Assembly (NCBI GenBank): GCA_030603365.1
Contig: JAUVXV010000003.1
Span: forward strand, 32,001 to 96,000
Length of the DNA: 64,000 nucleotides
Reading direction: 5' to 3'
Source: Candidatus Heimdallarchaeota archaeon
GTDB taxonomy: Archaea; Asgardarchaeota; Heimdallarchaeia; Heimdallarchaeales; Heimdallarchaeaceae
Below the pieces are notes generated by a model that worked only from the letters and a program-made list of their open reading frames with translations, was not told the DNA's origin and did no database searches. The translations under genes were made by a program, and so were the position numbers. This document shows, piece by piece, positions 10,716-20,963 of the stretch (its first letter is position 1; the number at the start of each line of letters is the position of its first letter).

Positions 10716-11168
10716 ATTATTCAAAATAAGCTCACAAGTTAATTTTTCGCTTAATGTAATTTGTATATTTCTTTGTTCTTTGAGTTTAAAAAATTCTGGA
10801 ATAATCTTCTTGAGAGTTGGAAGATTAAAGGATTCACTCTTTCCACATTTTGAGACAAATTCAATTAATAGATCCCTGTATGGTATGGGGTTTGTATAGA
10901 TGTCTAATAAGAAGCCTATTGATACCATTGTGTCTCGAGGATCTGCTTTTTTATCAATTGGAGGTGTAGAAGTTAAGTATCCTGCTACTTGAAAATTGTT
11001 GAATACTATAGAGGAAAAATCATTTTCCTTACTTCCCATGGGCATGCATTTCAGTGAAAGTTCTATCATTTCATCACTGGATAAAATGCTTTCAGGGTGA
11101 AGAATAATTACTTCTGGTCCTTTTTTTGGAAGGATCGCTGCTAGAAAAACTGCACGCATAAGACACAT
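10707..11168 (-). CDS. Hypothetical protein, probable uDENN/longin-like domain
   Basis: N-terminal pattern VFLAAILPKKGPEVIILHP...IELSLKCMPMG resembles uDENN (beta strand-GP-beta strand-P, helix, P.G). Confidence 0.5.
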   Translation of the reverse strand: MCLMRAVFLAAILPKKGPEVIILHPESILSSDEMIELSLKCMPMGSKENDFSSIVFNNFQVAGYLTSTPPIDKKADPRDTMVSIGFLLDIYTNPIPYRDLLIEFVSKCGKSESFNLPTLKKIIPEFFKLKEQRNIQITLSEKLTCELILNNLD

Positions 11169-11261
11169 AATATTATATCGTTTAAAAACTTTTTAAGCTC
11201 CTATTTTTTCAGATTTTTTCAAAGTTGGTTTAATCTTCTCTGTTAGGATTTTGAAATAAGT

Positions 11262-13016
11262 TTAATGGAAGAGATACAGAAATCTCTCCATAAAGTACAA
11301 GAAAAGCTGATTATAATTGCCAGAGAAGTAGAGATCACTTGCATGTCCAGCAAAAAGTAGGTAAATAATACTACAATTTGTATTTCCCTTATCCAAATAA
11401 GCTTGTAATAGTGCTTCAGAAACTTCTGGTTTAACAAGACCATCTTGTGTTCCTTGGAAGATAAGACAAGCTGGACTGTTGATGTCTACTAATAACGCAG
11501 GATTATCATATACATCTGTTTCTTCATAAATTCTGTTTGCAGGATAGAAAGGAATTAGACCTTTAATAGTGAGTGAGGATCCGAAGATGCTTGTATTTAG
11601 ACCAGATGATATGCCTAACGCTGTTATGGAAGCTAGTTGACCTCCAGCAGAACCTCCAGAAACAAAAACAGAACTCAAATTAGCACCATATTCTGCAGCA
11701 TGGTTTCCTAGATACTGAGTGAAATTTCCTATGTGTCTAACCATATCGTCTCTCGTGAAATTTCCTTGAACATTTTCAGGAGTAATAATTTTGAATCTAT
11801 CACTTTCGCGTAGACCATATTGAATATCAAAAACAATATATCCTTGAGCAGCAAAGTATTTGTTCATCTGTAACATATTACTTCTCCCCTTATCTCCAAT
11901 TGACCATCCTCCTCCATGAATGCGAATGATTGTAGAATTTTCTCCAGGCAGACCTACTCCTCCATTAAGAGGAAGATATGCGTCAAAATACAAAAGAATA
12001 TCATAATCAACTGAAAAAGAGCTTTCAGAACCATTGAAATACAGTATATCTTGTAACACTACACAGTCCTTTGGTTCTACTCCAAGAAAATATTGTGTTA
12101 GATAATAAGGTGATTGGAGGAAATAAGCTTCAATTTCTGGACTAATTTGTTCTTCCCAGTTTCCTCCAAATGCTGGATTGAAGGCATTGTCAAAATTCTT
12201 TCCTGCTTGATAAGATGAGAAGGGCATTGATAGCATCGGTAAAAGGGTGATAATAACTAGAACGAGACCAAGAGCTGAGATAGAATAGAAATGGATCAGA
12301 TTCTTTTTAGTTTTTCCAATGAGAATTATGATTGTACAACTTGCAATAACTAAACCCCATGAAAGCGCAAATTGAGATGCAGCTACTCCCCAATAACCAA
12401 AAGTGTGACCAATCTGTACACCAAACAAAATAGTTACTGATGTTATTATACAGATAGCTAGACCAAAATAACTTAATGAAATAATTGTATATTTGGCTAT
12501 TTTGCTTCCCATGCTTTTCTTTACGATTAGTACTGAATCATCTGCTTCCTTGCTCCAGAGCTCTTTATTCACTCTCTCCATCGCAGCAATAAAAGATAAA
12601 TACCAACCTAGACCAAACATGCCAAAATAGCCCAGATATACCAAAAGATTTGCAAAGAGATTATTTGTTAAACCATTCTCATAAGACATAGAAATAAGTA
12701 AATTCCCAAAATTCATGAACAGTAAAGCAAGAGCAGAATAAGCTAAGTAAGCGTAGATGAGAATGTTAAGTCTTTTACCAATGGGGGTTTTCTTATTAAT
12801 CTTCAATTTCAACCAATAAATCAATACAAAATTAATGGCTAAATTCAATATTAATAATATATCAAAAATTTCCCAGAAAATCGAATAAACTTTGACTGTA
12901 AGATAAATTAGACCTAAAATAAGTGATAGTGAATTTAGAACAATAGAACTTAAAATTAGTATATTAGCAAAAGATGTCTTTTTGGAAAACATGTCAATAT
13001 TTGCATCCGATTCCAT
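11262..13016 (-). CDS. Multi-pass membrane protein fused to an HSL-type alpha/beta hydrolase (esterase/lipase)
   Basis: About 7 TMs then HGGGW oxyanion motif, GGSAGG nucleophile, GTQD and GH catalytic residues. Confidence 0.9.
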   Translation of the reverse strand: MESDANIDMFSKKTSFANILILSSIVLNSLSLILGLIYLTVKVYSIFWEIFDILLILNLAINFVLIYWLKLKINKKTPIGKRLNILIYAYLAYSALALLFMNFGNLLISMSYENGLTNNLFANLLVYLGYFGMFGLGWYLSFIAAMERVNKELWSKEADDSVLIVKKSMGSKIAKYTIISLSYFGLAICIITSVTILFGVQIGHTFGYWGVAASQFALSWGLVIASCTIIILIGKTKKNLIHFYSISALGLVLVIITLLPMLSMPFSSYQAGKNFDNAFNPAFGGNWEEQISPEIEAYFLQSPYYLTQYFLGVEPKDCVVLQDILYFNGSESSFSVDYDILLYFDAYLPLNGGVGLPGENSTIIRIHGGGWSIGDKGRSNMLQMNKYFAAQGYIVFDIQYGLRESDRFKIITPENVQGNFTRDDMVRHIGNFTQYLGNHAAEYGANLSSVFVSGGSAGGQLASITALGISSGLNTSIFGSSLTIKGLIPFYPANRIYEETDVYDNPALLVDINSPACLIFQGTQDGLVKPEVSEALLQAYLDKGNTNCSIIYLLFAGHASDLYFSGNYNQLFLYFMERFLYLFH

Positions 13017-13056
13017 TCTAGATTTACAAACGTAAATACTTGTATAACAAGTTTAT

Positions 13057-14055
13057 CTAAACTTTGAACAATTTCTTAGCATTTTCCCAGTAGAGTTTCT
13101 TCAAAATATCTAGAGGTAAATCTAAACCATTTATTTTTGTCTTGTTATCATTCTCAGGATCAGGGATTGGAAGAGGTAAATTCTCTACATTTGTTTCGAA
13201 TAATGCTTGGAAACTGAGAAAACGGTTGATGTAATATCCAGGAATCGGCTCTCTATCTCCTCTTCCTGCAACAAAATCTGTACCAAACATTATACGATTT
13301 TGATGTTTTTTGAAGAACTCAATAACTTCATTTTTTTTGTATCCAAATTCTCTGACCATCCATTTGGCAGAACCTGTATCTACATAGAAATTTGGATACA
13401 TATCTAACCATTGATCTAGTTGCTTTAGATTTTCAGGTTGACTAGCCATATGCGCGCCAATAACTTTCAGTTTAGGATACCATTCAAGAATATTTTTCAG
13501 AGCATTGATGTGGTCTTCCTTAATACCAAACTTACTTGAAGGTTGGTAGTTCTGTTCGTAAAGAAGGTCTGGGTCACTCACATGAAGAAGTAAAGTAAAA
13601 TCTAGTTCCTCTAACCTTTGAAAAATGGGTTCTAGTTTTGGATCATTTAGGTGAACATCCTGAGTACGGAATTTCACATTCATATCGTCTCTACTAAAAT
13701 AATTAATCCAACGAGGTGAAAACCAAAGTTTTCCAAGATTGAAGCCATCAGCATATGCTTTTTCTAGGAAATCCATTGATCCTTTGATATCATCTTGCAA
13801 AGCTTCTCTAATTGATAGGAAGATTGAATACACAAACAAGTCTGGAAATTCCTTTTCAATTTCATCTCTGCTTTCTTTATCTCGAACTATTCCAAAGATT
13901 TTCTTGACATTGAATTCTTTTTCATATTTGACCATTGTTTTTACGTCTTCAACCTTACCCAAATGAGTATGAGCATCAAATACAGGACCAGTATATTTTC
14001 TTTGCATAGTTTTGAAGTAAGGTTCCATGTTGTTTTCTACGTATTCAGCAGCCAT
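13057..14055 (-). CDS. Amidohydrolase family protein (Amidohydro_2)
   Basis: FDAHTH, LLHVSD, GAHMA, MFGTD, WENAKKL. Confidence 0.88.
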   Translation of the reverse strand: MAAEYVENNMEPYFKTMQRKYTGPVFDAHTHLGKVEDVKTMVKYEKEFNVKKIFGIVRDKESRDEIEKEFPDLFVYSIFLSIREALQDDIKGSMDFLEKAYADGFNLGKLWFSPRWINYFSRDDMNVKFRTQDVHLNDPKLEPIFQRLEELDFTLLLHVSDPDLLYEQNYQPSSKFGIKEDHINALKNILEWYPKLKVIGAHMASQPENLKQLDQWLDMYPNFYVDTGSAKWMVREFGYKKNEVIEFFKKHQNRIMFGTDFVAGRGDREPIPGYYINRFLSFQALFETNVENLPLPIPDPENDNKTKINGLDLPLDILKKLYWENAKKLFKV

Positions 14056-14240
14056 TAGATGGTCTCCATCTGTAAAAAAGCAAGCCTCCTTATCTAAATT
14101 GCGATTATACTATAATTTAGAAAAATGAAATAAAAGAAGAGAAATTATTTCTTTTTTCTTCTAATAATCTGGGAACTGACAAATTTTACTGGGAGCATTT
14201 TATCCCTAGTTTTTCTTTGTAATAAATATCTTTGTAGCAT

Positions 14241-16190
14241 TCAGATGACAATATTAAATAATTTATGTTGTGCTTCTGGTTCTCTACATCTCAATTCACT
14301 AATATTCACTTTTCTGATTCCTTTTACTGATTCTTCAATTCTTATTATTTCCATTCTCTGGGAAATGGAGCTTGTATTTTTTTCTAGTCTCAATAATTCT
14401 ATAGATTGAGATGTTAATTTCTGCTGTTCTTTCAAAATCTTGAGAGCTAATCTCTTTAAACCCCGATTCTCAGCAATCTTAAGTGCTTCTGCCAATTTAT
14501 TACGTGCATTATCTAGGTCCATTACGAGTAAATTCACTTGTGATTCTAAGATTAATGTTTCAATAGTGTAAATAGGAGAACCAAATTCTATTGTAAGTTC
14601 ATACATTTTAATAACACATTTATGTAGCTTATCTAGTTTTTTACCGTTATCACCGGTACTTAGACCTAAGAGGAGGACTTCGCAAAGTGTAATTAAGGCA
14701 TTTATCTGCGATTCGAGATGTGCTTCTTCTTCTAAATGCACATCTAGGAGAAATTCAGCTTTTATTCTATCACTTTTTTCAGTGCTTATCTTTAGAATTT
14801 TAGCTTCTGTCAGTCGATATAATTGTTTGAGACGCTTACTCCCCACATCTTCCTTAATCTCTTGCATTTCTTGTTGATATTCATTTGCTGACTCAATATC
14901 ATTGATTTCAGTTGTATAATGTATCAATGCTTCCAAAGTAAATGCGGTTGCAATTTTATGTCCTCTTTCTCTCCATATCTTCAAACTTTGTTTCTGCAAT
15001 TCAATTGCGCGTTCTATATGACCTAGACGCCAAAAGATGGAAGATTTCCGATGAAAACCCATGGCCAGTATTGTTTTACTTTCGAATTCTTTACTCAGTT
15101 CCATAAGTTCATCCTGTAATTTCAAACTTTCATCCAATTCTCCCTTAAATTCATAGATCTCTCCCATATTACATAAAACTGTTGTCAGAATCATATGTTT
15201 GACATCTGTGAAATAGTTCTTCGCTTTGGTGAAATATGCTAGAGCTTGGTCCAGCTCTCCAACAAGTTTTGAGTTCTCTCCTGCATAGAAGAGTGCCCAA
15301 GCTTCCATTTCATCATTTTTCAATGTTTTATAAATTTCTAGATTCTTTTCAAAATACTCCAATGCTTTTGCTCTATCTCCAATTCGTCTATAATATACCC
15401 CAAAATATCTAAAAATCAATGCTTTACCATTAGCTGAATTTAATTCTTCATAAACTCCCAGTGCTCTTTCTAGATATTCATGGAAAACTTGATACTCTCC
15501 CATTTTTTGATATGTATAACCGATAAATGAGAGCGTTCTGGCTAGAAAATACTTATCATCTAATGATTCTAAAACTTTTAAACACAACTTATAGTGTTCA
15601 ATTGATTTTAAGAAATCAGTATGTCTCCAATAAATCCTGGCCATCTCCCAATGGCATTTTGCTTCTTCTCTCTTGTTTTCAAATTTTTTAGTAAGTTCTA
15701 CACACTTATTATAGATTTCTAATATTTCTTTGAATTCAGCTTTTTTTCTGTCAGATGAGACTATTTTAAACCTTAGTAAAACAGCTTCTCTTTGTTTCAA
15801 CTCCTTAATATCATCTAATGCAATTTTTTCGAATATTTGCTCTGATTTTTCTAAAACTTTTTGAAAATCATCAGATTTCCCCTTGTATATGTAATAATCA
15901 GCTAAAGCAAGACTCGAATCGAACATAAGTAAATTATCCTTAACTTTTCCACTTTGTTCAAAGGCTTCTTTTGCAAGTTCATGTGCAACATCTACTCCTC
16001 CTCTATTTTCAGAGAATCTTGCAAACTGGACAACTGTTTCACTTTTTTGTATTTTAGCTCTAATTGTTTGTTCTTGTGGTAGGTTTTTCTTATTCAGTAT
16101 TTCATTTAAAACTTCTAATGCGTCAGGATATTTTCCATTATAGATTAGGATATTTACTCTCTCTAAATCTTGCGAAACAGATGAAGTCAT
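14241..16190 (-). CDS. Tetratricopeptide-repeat protein
   Basis: Serial TPR-like helical repeats (e.g. GDRAKALEYFEKNLEIY, GELDQALAYFTKA). Confidence 0.88.
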   Translation of the reverse strand: MTSSVSQDLERVNILIYNGKYPDALEVLNEILNKKNLPQEQTIRAKIQKSETVVQFARFSENRGGVDVAHELAKEAFEQSGKVKDNLLMFDSSLALADYYIYKGKSDDFQKVLEKSEQIFEKIALDDIKELKQREAVLLRFKIVSSDRKKAEFKEILEIYNKCVELTKKFENKREEAKCHWEMARIYWRHTDFLKSIEHYKLCLKVLESLDDKYFLARTLSFIGYTYQKMGEYQVFHEYLERALGVYEELNSANGKALIFRYFGVYYRRIGDRAKALEYFEKNLEIYKTLKNDEMEAWALFYAGENSKLVGELDQALAYFTKAKNYFTDVKHMILTTVLCNMGEIYEFKGELDESLKLQDELMELSKEFESKTILAMGFHRKSSIFWRLGHIERAIELQKQSLKIWRERGHKIATAFTLEALIHYTTEINDIESANEYQQEMQEIKEDVGSKRLKQLYRLTEAKILKISTEKSDRIKAEFLLDVHLEEEAHLESQINALITLCEVLLLGLSTGDNGKKLDKLHKCVIKMYELTIEFGSPIYTIETLILESQVNLLVMDLDNARNKLAEALKIAENRGLKRLALKILKEQQKLTSQSIELLRLEKNTSSISQRMEIIRIEESVKGIRKVNISELRCREPEAQHKLFNIVI

Positions 16191-16282
16191 AGGTTCACCA
16201 AATATAAAACATATAAAAATAAGGTTTTAGAAATTAAAACTTTTCCTAAAACCTCAAAGTGAATCAGATATTTTTTTGTTTT

Positions 16283-17731
16283 CTATAATTCTAAGAAAGA
16301 TTCGAAATCTATCTTTTTGTATCTCATTATTTCTATTAAGTATTCAGACGTATCTTTATCTAATGAAGATCCTGGGTATCTGTTGAGGAGCTTATCTACT
16401 TCTTCATTTGCTCTTTGTCCTATGGTTTTTCTTCCCTTGCCTTCCCATTCTTCTCTTGAAGATCTATCTACAACTTCACTTGGTAAGTAAAGTTCTTCTC
16501 TAAACCATTTCAGTGTGTGATCATGTGATAAAAGGTGTGTTTTATCTAAAAAGACTTTTAGTAAATCTTTTGCAATAGGTTCATCTCTTTGCGTAATCCC
16601 ATCAATGAATTTGTATGTCATTCCTGCGATTTCATTATCAATTACAACCTTCTGAATGCTTTGTGTTGATTCAAAGTTCATCATGCCTGCACCAGATATC
16701 ATGTTTACTCCTTTAATTCCAGCTAGAAGTGAACCCATTCCTGTTTCAAATCCAGATTGCATATCAAGAATTTTACCATCAGACATGCCTAAATAAGCAT
16801 GAGTTGGTAGATTGAGATATTTTCCAATCTCTGTATAACCTAGATCAATAAGGATAGTATCAACAGAAGCTAAATACATAGTTCCCTTTCTCATATCAAA
16901 CGCTGCAGGAGAACCACCCCAAATAACAGGGGCTCCTGGAGAAACGAGTTGAGTAATAACTAATCCCGCTAAGGTCTCAGCTGCATGCTGAACAATCGCC
17001 CCCAGTATGGTTACTGGAGCATTAGCACCTGTCATTGGCATAGAAACAAATTCTGAAGGTATTCCATATTTTGCACAATCAATAATACTTTGGCAAGTCA
17101 GATCACTCCACTTTAATGGTGGTGAAGGGCATGCATCAAATATTGCTAAAGGCTTTTTTCTGAGCTCCTCTTCACTTCCCCTAACTGCTACAAGCATGTC
17201 TTTCATTACTTCAAATGATTCCTTGACGAATGTTCCGGTTACAATTGGTTTAGATGAGTAAAGCAATGTAATTAACATCCTATATCTGTCTCCAATCTCT
17301 TCTGGTACATCAGAGCATACTATTGCTGTACTCTGAGCATGTATGTGTTCAAGTTGGTCAACAACTTTAGTGAAATCAACAAAATCCTTTGTAATAGCTG
17401 TCCTTATCTCATTAGTTTCAGAATCTAGAACATTTAGTGCTGCTGAACCAGGATCAAAACAAATGTTATCTCCCTCTAGTTTTGTTACTAAACCACCTTC
17501 TCTATCATAAAGAGGAATAGAGGAAGGAGCGCTTTTCAATGCTTTTTTTATTAAATCTGGAGGGAGTTTTGCACGCCTTCCCTCTAAATCTATATCTATT
17601 CCTTCATTTTGGAGAATTAGTATTGCTTCATCATTTTCTACAAAGAAACCCATTTCCTCTAAAATCTCCATTGCTTCAACTACAACTTTTTCCTTTATTT
17701 CCTCTTCAAGAATATTGATAACAGGTCTCAT
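16283..17731 (-). CDS. MttB-superfamily corrinoid methyltransferase, non-pyrrolysine type
   Basis: PSPPLKW, PMTGANAPVTILGAIVQHAAETLAGLV, QLVSPGAPVIWG; no in-frame UAG. Start taken at ATG 17731 behind a GAGGT SD. Confidence 0.9.
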   Translation of the reverse strand: MRPVINILEEEIKEKVVVEAMEILEEMGFFVENDEAILILQNEGIDIDLEGRRAKLPPDLIKKALKSAPSSIPLYDREGGLVTKLEGDNICFDPGSAALNVLDSETNEIRTAITKDFVDFTKVVDQLEHIHAQSTAIVCSDVPEEIGDRYRMLITLLYSSKPIVTGTFVKESFEVMKDMLVAVRGSEEELRKKPLAIFDACPSPPLKWSDLTCQSIIDCAKYGIPSEFVSMPMTGANAPVTILGAIVQHAAETLAGLVITQLVSPGAPVIWGGSPAAFDMRKGTMYLASVDTILIDLGYTEIGKYLNLPTHAYLGMSDGKILDMQSGFETGMGSLLAGIKGVNMISGAGMMNFESTQSIQKVVIDNEIAGMTYKFIDGITQRDEPIAKDLLKVFLDKTHLLSHDHTLKWFREELYLPSEVVDRSSREEWEGKGRKTIGQRANEEVDKLLNRYPGSSLDKDTSEYLIEIMRYKKIDFESFLEL

Positions 17732-18173
17732 TACTATTACCTCAAACAATTAATCATTTATGAATGTAGTAAATAAATATTTATAAGATTTTTGAAGATT
17801 AATTAAAAAAAAGTTTCTTAACTTAAGCATTGCTTTATAGTAATTACTATTATAAATAAAAGATTATTTATATTTTGATTTAATTAATTATAGATTTAAT
17901 ATATTGTTTATTAATAACAATTAAAAGTATTTGTTTAAATATATACTAATAAAAGAATAACTATTTAAAGATATGGTTTATTATATGTTAGACTAACTAT
18001 AATGCTCGATTATAAGCTAAAATACTAGAATCTCTCTCGAAAATTGACTTCGGTTGGGATATTAAATATTGAAAACTACTTTATTTACTTAGAAATGTTT
18101 AAAACCGTGAAAATTCGAAGATGATTCTTAATAAGTCAATATTACATTACTAGAAAACAATTCGGTGAAAAAA

Positions 18174-18308
18174 ATGTATAAAGAAACAAAATACTTAGAA
18201 AGCAACTTTAATTTAGAATTAGTTTGTCAACACCACTTTATTACGAGAAAAATAGCATTTAAAACGGAATCACCTCACTTACTTAACCCTAAGTGGGTGA
18301 TTAAGTGA
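18174..18308 (+). CDS. Putative 44-aa leader peptide/small ORF (MYKETKYLESNFNLELVCQHHFITRKIAFKTESPHLLNPKWVIK)
   Basis: GGTGA SD at 18164-18168, ATG 18174; stop TGA overlaps the GTG start of the next gene (GTGA). Confidence 0.5.
   Translation: MYKETKYLESNFNLELVCQHHFITRKIAFKTESPHLLNPKWVIK
18268..18302 (+). promoter_or_regulatory. RNA hairpin sequestering the SD of the opine dehydrogenase gene
   Basis: AATCACC-T-CACTTA-(CTTAACCC)-TAAGTG-GGTGATT: 13-bp stem with one bulge; the 3' arm contains GGTGA just upstream of GTG 18305. Confidence 0.6.
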
Positions 18309-19411
18309 ATATCGCAATAATTGGTGCTGGGTGTGGAGGTCATGCAATTGCAGGATTTCTGGCAAGTAAAGGAAATAAAGTAAATCTATACAATAGATCT
18401 TTGGACAGAGTCCGTTTACTTTTGAACAAAAAGGAAATTGAATTAATAGGCGAAGTACAGTCAAAAGGAAAGCTAAATCTAGTAACTACTGATATTTCAG
18501 AAGCTGTTAATGAAACAGAATTAATAATGGTAGTAACTACAGCTACTGGACATTATGATATAGCAACTGAATTAGCTCCCCATCTTAGAACGGGTCAAAT
18601 AGTTGTATTAAATCCTGGAAGAACTTTTGGTATTTTAGAATTTATGAATGCTCTTTTGGAAGGTGGTTTGGATGCAGATGTAACTGTAGCTGAAGCTAAT
18701 ACTTTGATATATGCTACAAGAACCATAAGACCTGGATTAAGTGATATAAAGGGTATCAAGAGTTCTGTTTCTGTATCAGTTATACCTAATCATCGTACAT
18801 CTCATGTAATTTCAAAATTAAATGAAAGTTATCCTCAATTTTATGCAGTTGAGAACTTTTTAAAAACAAGTTTAGGAAATATTGGGGCAGTTTTCCATCC
18901 TACAATAGCTTTATTGAACAAAGAGAGAATAGATAAGAAAGAAGCATTTGATTTTTACAGAGACGGAGCTACAACGGAAGTAGTCGACTATATGGAACAA
19001 GTTGATAATGAAAGACGAGCTCTAGCACGAAAGTTTGGAGTTGAAGTTCAATCAATTAAAGAATGGTTGCGTGAAAGATATAGTCTTCCAGACTCGAATC
19101 TTTTTGATGCTTTACACAATAATCCTTCTTATGCAGGATTGGCAGCTCCTACAACTTTTAATATGAGATACTTAACAGAGGACATTCCTACAGGTCTTGT
19201 TCCCTTTTCTGAACTTGGTAAATCTGTTGGGGTTGATACAAATTATATTGATGAATTGATAAATAAAGCTTCAAATGAACTGAATGTTGATTTTAGAAGT
19301 CAAGGAAGAAATTTGTATAAGTTAGGACTTAACGCTGCTACTATATTTGAGGATCTAAAAGAAGTGTCTCGAATAGAAAGAATCACAGAATATAAAAAAG
19401 CTGCAAGATGA
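18305..19411 (+). CDS. NAD/NADP-dependent opine (octopine/nopaline) dehydrogenase family
   Basis: Rossmann GAGCGG, VLNPGRTFG, LGNIGAVFHP, FDFYRDG, RYLTEDIPTGLVP. Confidence 0.92.
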   Translation: MNIAIIGAGCGGHAIAGFLASKGNKVNLYNRSLDRVRLLLNKKEIELIGEVQSKGKLNLVTTDISEAVNETELIMVVTTATGHYDIATELAPHLRTGQIVVLNPGRTFGILEFMNALLEGGLDADVTVAEANTLIYATRTIRPGLSDIKGIKSSVSVSVIPNHRTSHVISKLNESYPQFYAVENFLKTSLGNIGAVFHPTIALLNKERIDKKEAFDFYRDGATTEVVDYMEQVDNERRALARKFGVEVQSIKEWLRERYSLPDSNLFDALHNNPSYAGLAAPTTFNMRYLTEDIPTGLVPFSELGKSVGVDTNYIDELINKASNELNVDFRSQGRNLYKLGLNAATIFEDLKEVSRIERITEYKKAAR

Positions 19412-19417
19412 GATAAA

Positions 19418-20932
19418 ATGAAAAAAATACTTGGAGCTTGCATTGGAGATTGTGTTCATATTGCTGGAGTTCATAGATTCTTGAAAATAGCAGAAAACCA
19501 AGATTATGAAACAATATTCTTGGGTCCTGCTGTAGATACTGAACAACTCATTGATGCAATTAGAGAACATGATCCTGATGTAGTAGGTTTGAGTTACCGA
19601 TTAACTCCTAAAGCAGGAATTGAAATTCTTAGAGAAATAAAAAGAAGAATTACAGAAGAAGGATTAAGGGGAAGAGAATTTGTTCTAGGGGGTTTACCGG
19701 AACTTGTTCAGAGTGAAAAACAAGAAGGTTTCTTTAGTGCTTATTTTCAAGGTGATGATGCAGAACAAGCGATTGCTTATCTTAGAGGAGTAGTTATTGA
19801 AGTTAAATATCTGACACCTCCTCAAAATATTATAAAAAGGATAGACTCTAAATATCCTTTTCCAGTTTTAAGGCATCATTTTGGACTGCCTACTTTAGAA
19901 GAAACAGCGAAGGGAATTAAGAAAATTGCTGAGAGTGGATGTCTTGATATCATTTCTTTAGGAACTGACCAAAATGCACAAGCACACTTTTTCCATCCTG
20001 AAAGAATGAGTTCTGGAAAAGGTGCAGGTGGTGTTCCTGTTCGAACAAAAGAGGATTTTGTAAAACTTTTTGAAGCTTCAAGGGTTGGGAATTTCCCTTT
20101 AATGCGAACTTATGCTGGAACAGATGATTTAATTGAATTAGCTCAGATTTATGTTGATACAATAAATAATGCATGGACTGCAATACCTATATTTTGGTTC
20201 AATAAAATGGATGGAAGAGGTCCAATGGAGTTAGAATCTTCACTACGAGCTCATCTTAATGCAATAAAATGGCATGCTAAAAAAGAACTTCCTGTTGAGA
20301 TTCTTGAATCACATCATTGGTCATTGAGAGATGCAAAGGATGAAGTAGCAATAGCATCAGGATTTTTGGGTGCTGATATATGTAAAAAGTTGGGAGTAAG
20401 AAATTTTTTCTCACAATATATGTTTAATACTCCTCCTCAAACAAATCAAAGAGATGATTTGGCTAAGATGCTAGCTCAAAAAGAGATGATTGAATCTCTG
20501 CAAGATGAAAATTTTACTGTTTATACTCAAACAAGAACTGGCTTGTTTAGCTATCCAATAGATTTAGATATGGCGAAGGGGCAACTAGCTCAATCAACAA
20601 TGTTGCAGATGCAACTTAATCCACATATTGTTCATGTTGTAAGTTATAGTGAAGCAAACCATGCGGCTACTCCTGAGAATGTGATTGAAAGTTGTAAAAT
20701 AGCCAAACAAGTAATTGCAAAATGTCTTGAGGGTCAACCTGCTATGATCTGGGATCCTTATGTTCTTGAAAGAAAACAAGAGCTAATTGAAAAAGCAGTT
20801 TCAATAATCAATACAATAAAATCTATTGGATCAGTGTTAGATCCCATTGTTCTTCATGAAAGCATAAATCAGGGATTATTGCATGCACCTCAGCTTGATT
20901 CTTATAAATCTAAAGAAGTTATAATTGGGTGA
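19418..20932 (+). CDS. Cobalamin-binding domain fused to an uncharacterised TIM-barrel-like domain
   Basis: N-terminal GACIGDCVHIAG...FLGPAV...VVGLSY...FVLGG (glutamate mutase S-like B12 domain) followed by a ~370-aa alpha/beta domain. Confidence 0.75.
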   Translation: MKKILGACIGDCVHIAGVHRFLKIAENQDYETIFLGPAVDTEQLIDAIREHDPDVVGLSYRLTPKAGIEILREIKRRITEEGLRGREFVLGGLPELVQSEKQEGFFSAYFQGDDAEQAIAYLRGVVIEVKYLTPPQNIIKRIDSKYPFPVLRHHFGLPTLEETAKGIKKIAESGCLDIISLGTDQNAQAHFFHPERMSSGKGAGGVPVRTKEDFVKLFEASRVGNFPLMRTYAGTDDLIELAQIYVDTINNAWTAIPIFWFNKMDGRGPMELESSLRAHLNAIKWHAKKELPVEILESHHWSLRDAKDEVAIASGFLGADICKKLGVRNFFSQYMFNTPPQTNQRDDLAKMLAQKEMIESLQDENFTVYTQTRTGLFSYPIDLDMAKGQLAQSTMLQMQLNPHIVHVVSYSEANHAATPENVIESCKIAKQVIAKCLEGQPAMIWDPYVLERKQELIEKAVSIINTIKSIGSVLDPIVLHESINQGLLHAPQLDSYKSKEVIIG

Positions 20933-20963
20933 AGTCTCTAAAATTAGGAGTTCTGTTGTTAAA

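Noticed and set aside
16283-17731. Pyrrolysine-containing trimethylamine methyltransferase
   Set aside because: ORF is uninterrupted with no in-frame TAG, and no pyl genes are in the window
17750-18170. Cobalamin riboswitch or replication origin in the AT-rich spacer
   Set aside because: No B12-box or GC-rich stems, no ORB-like repeats and no adjacent cdc6/orc1
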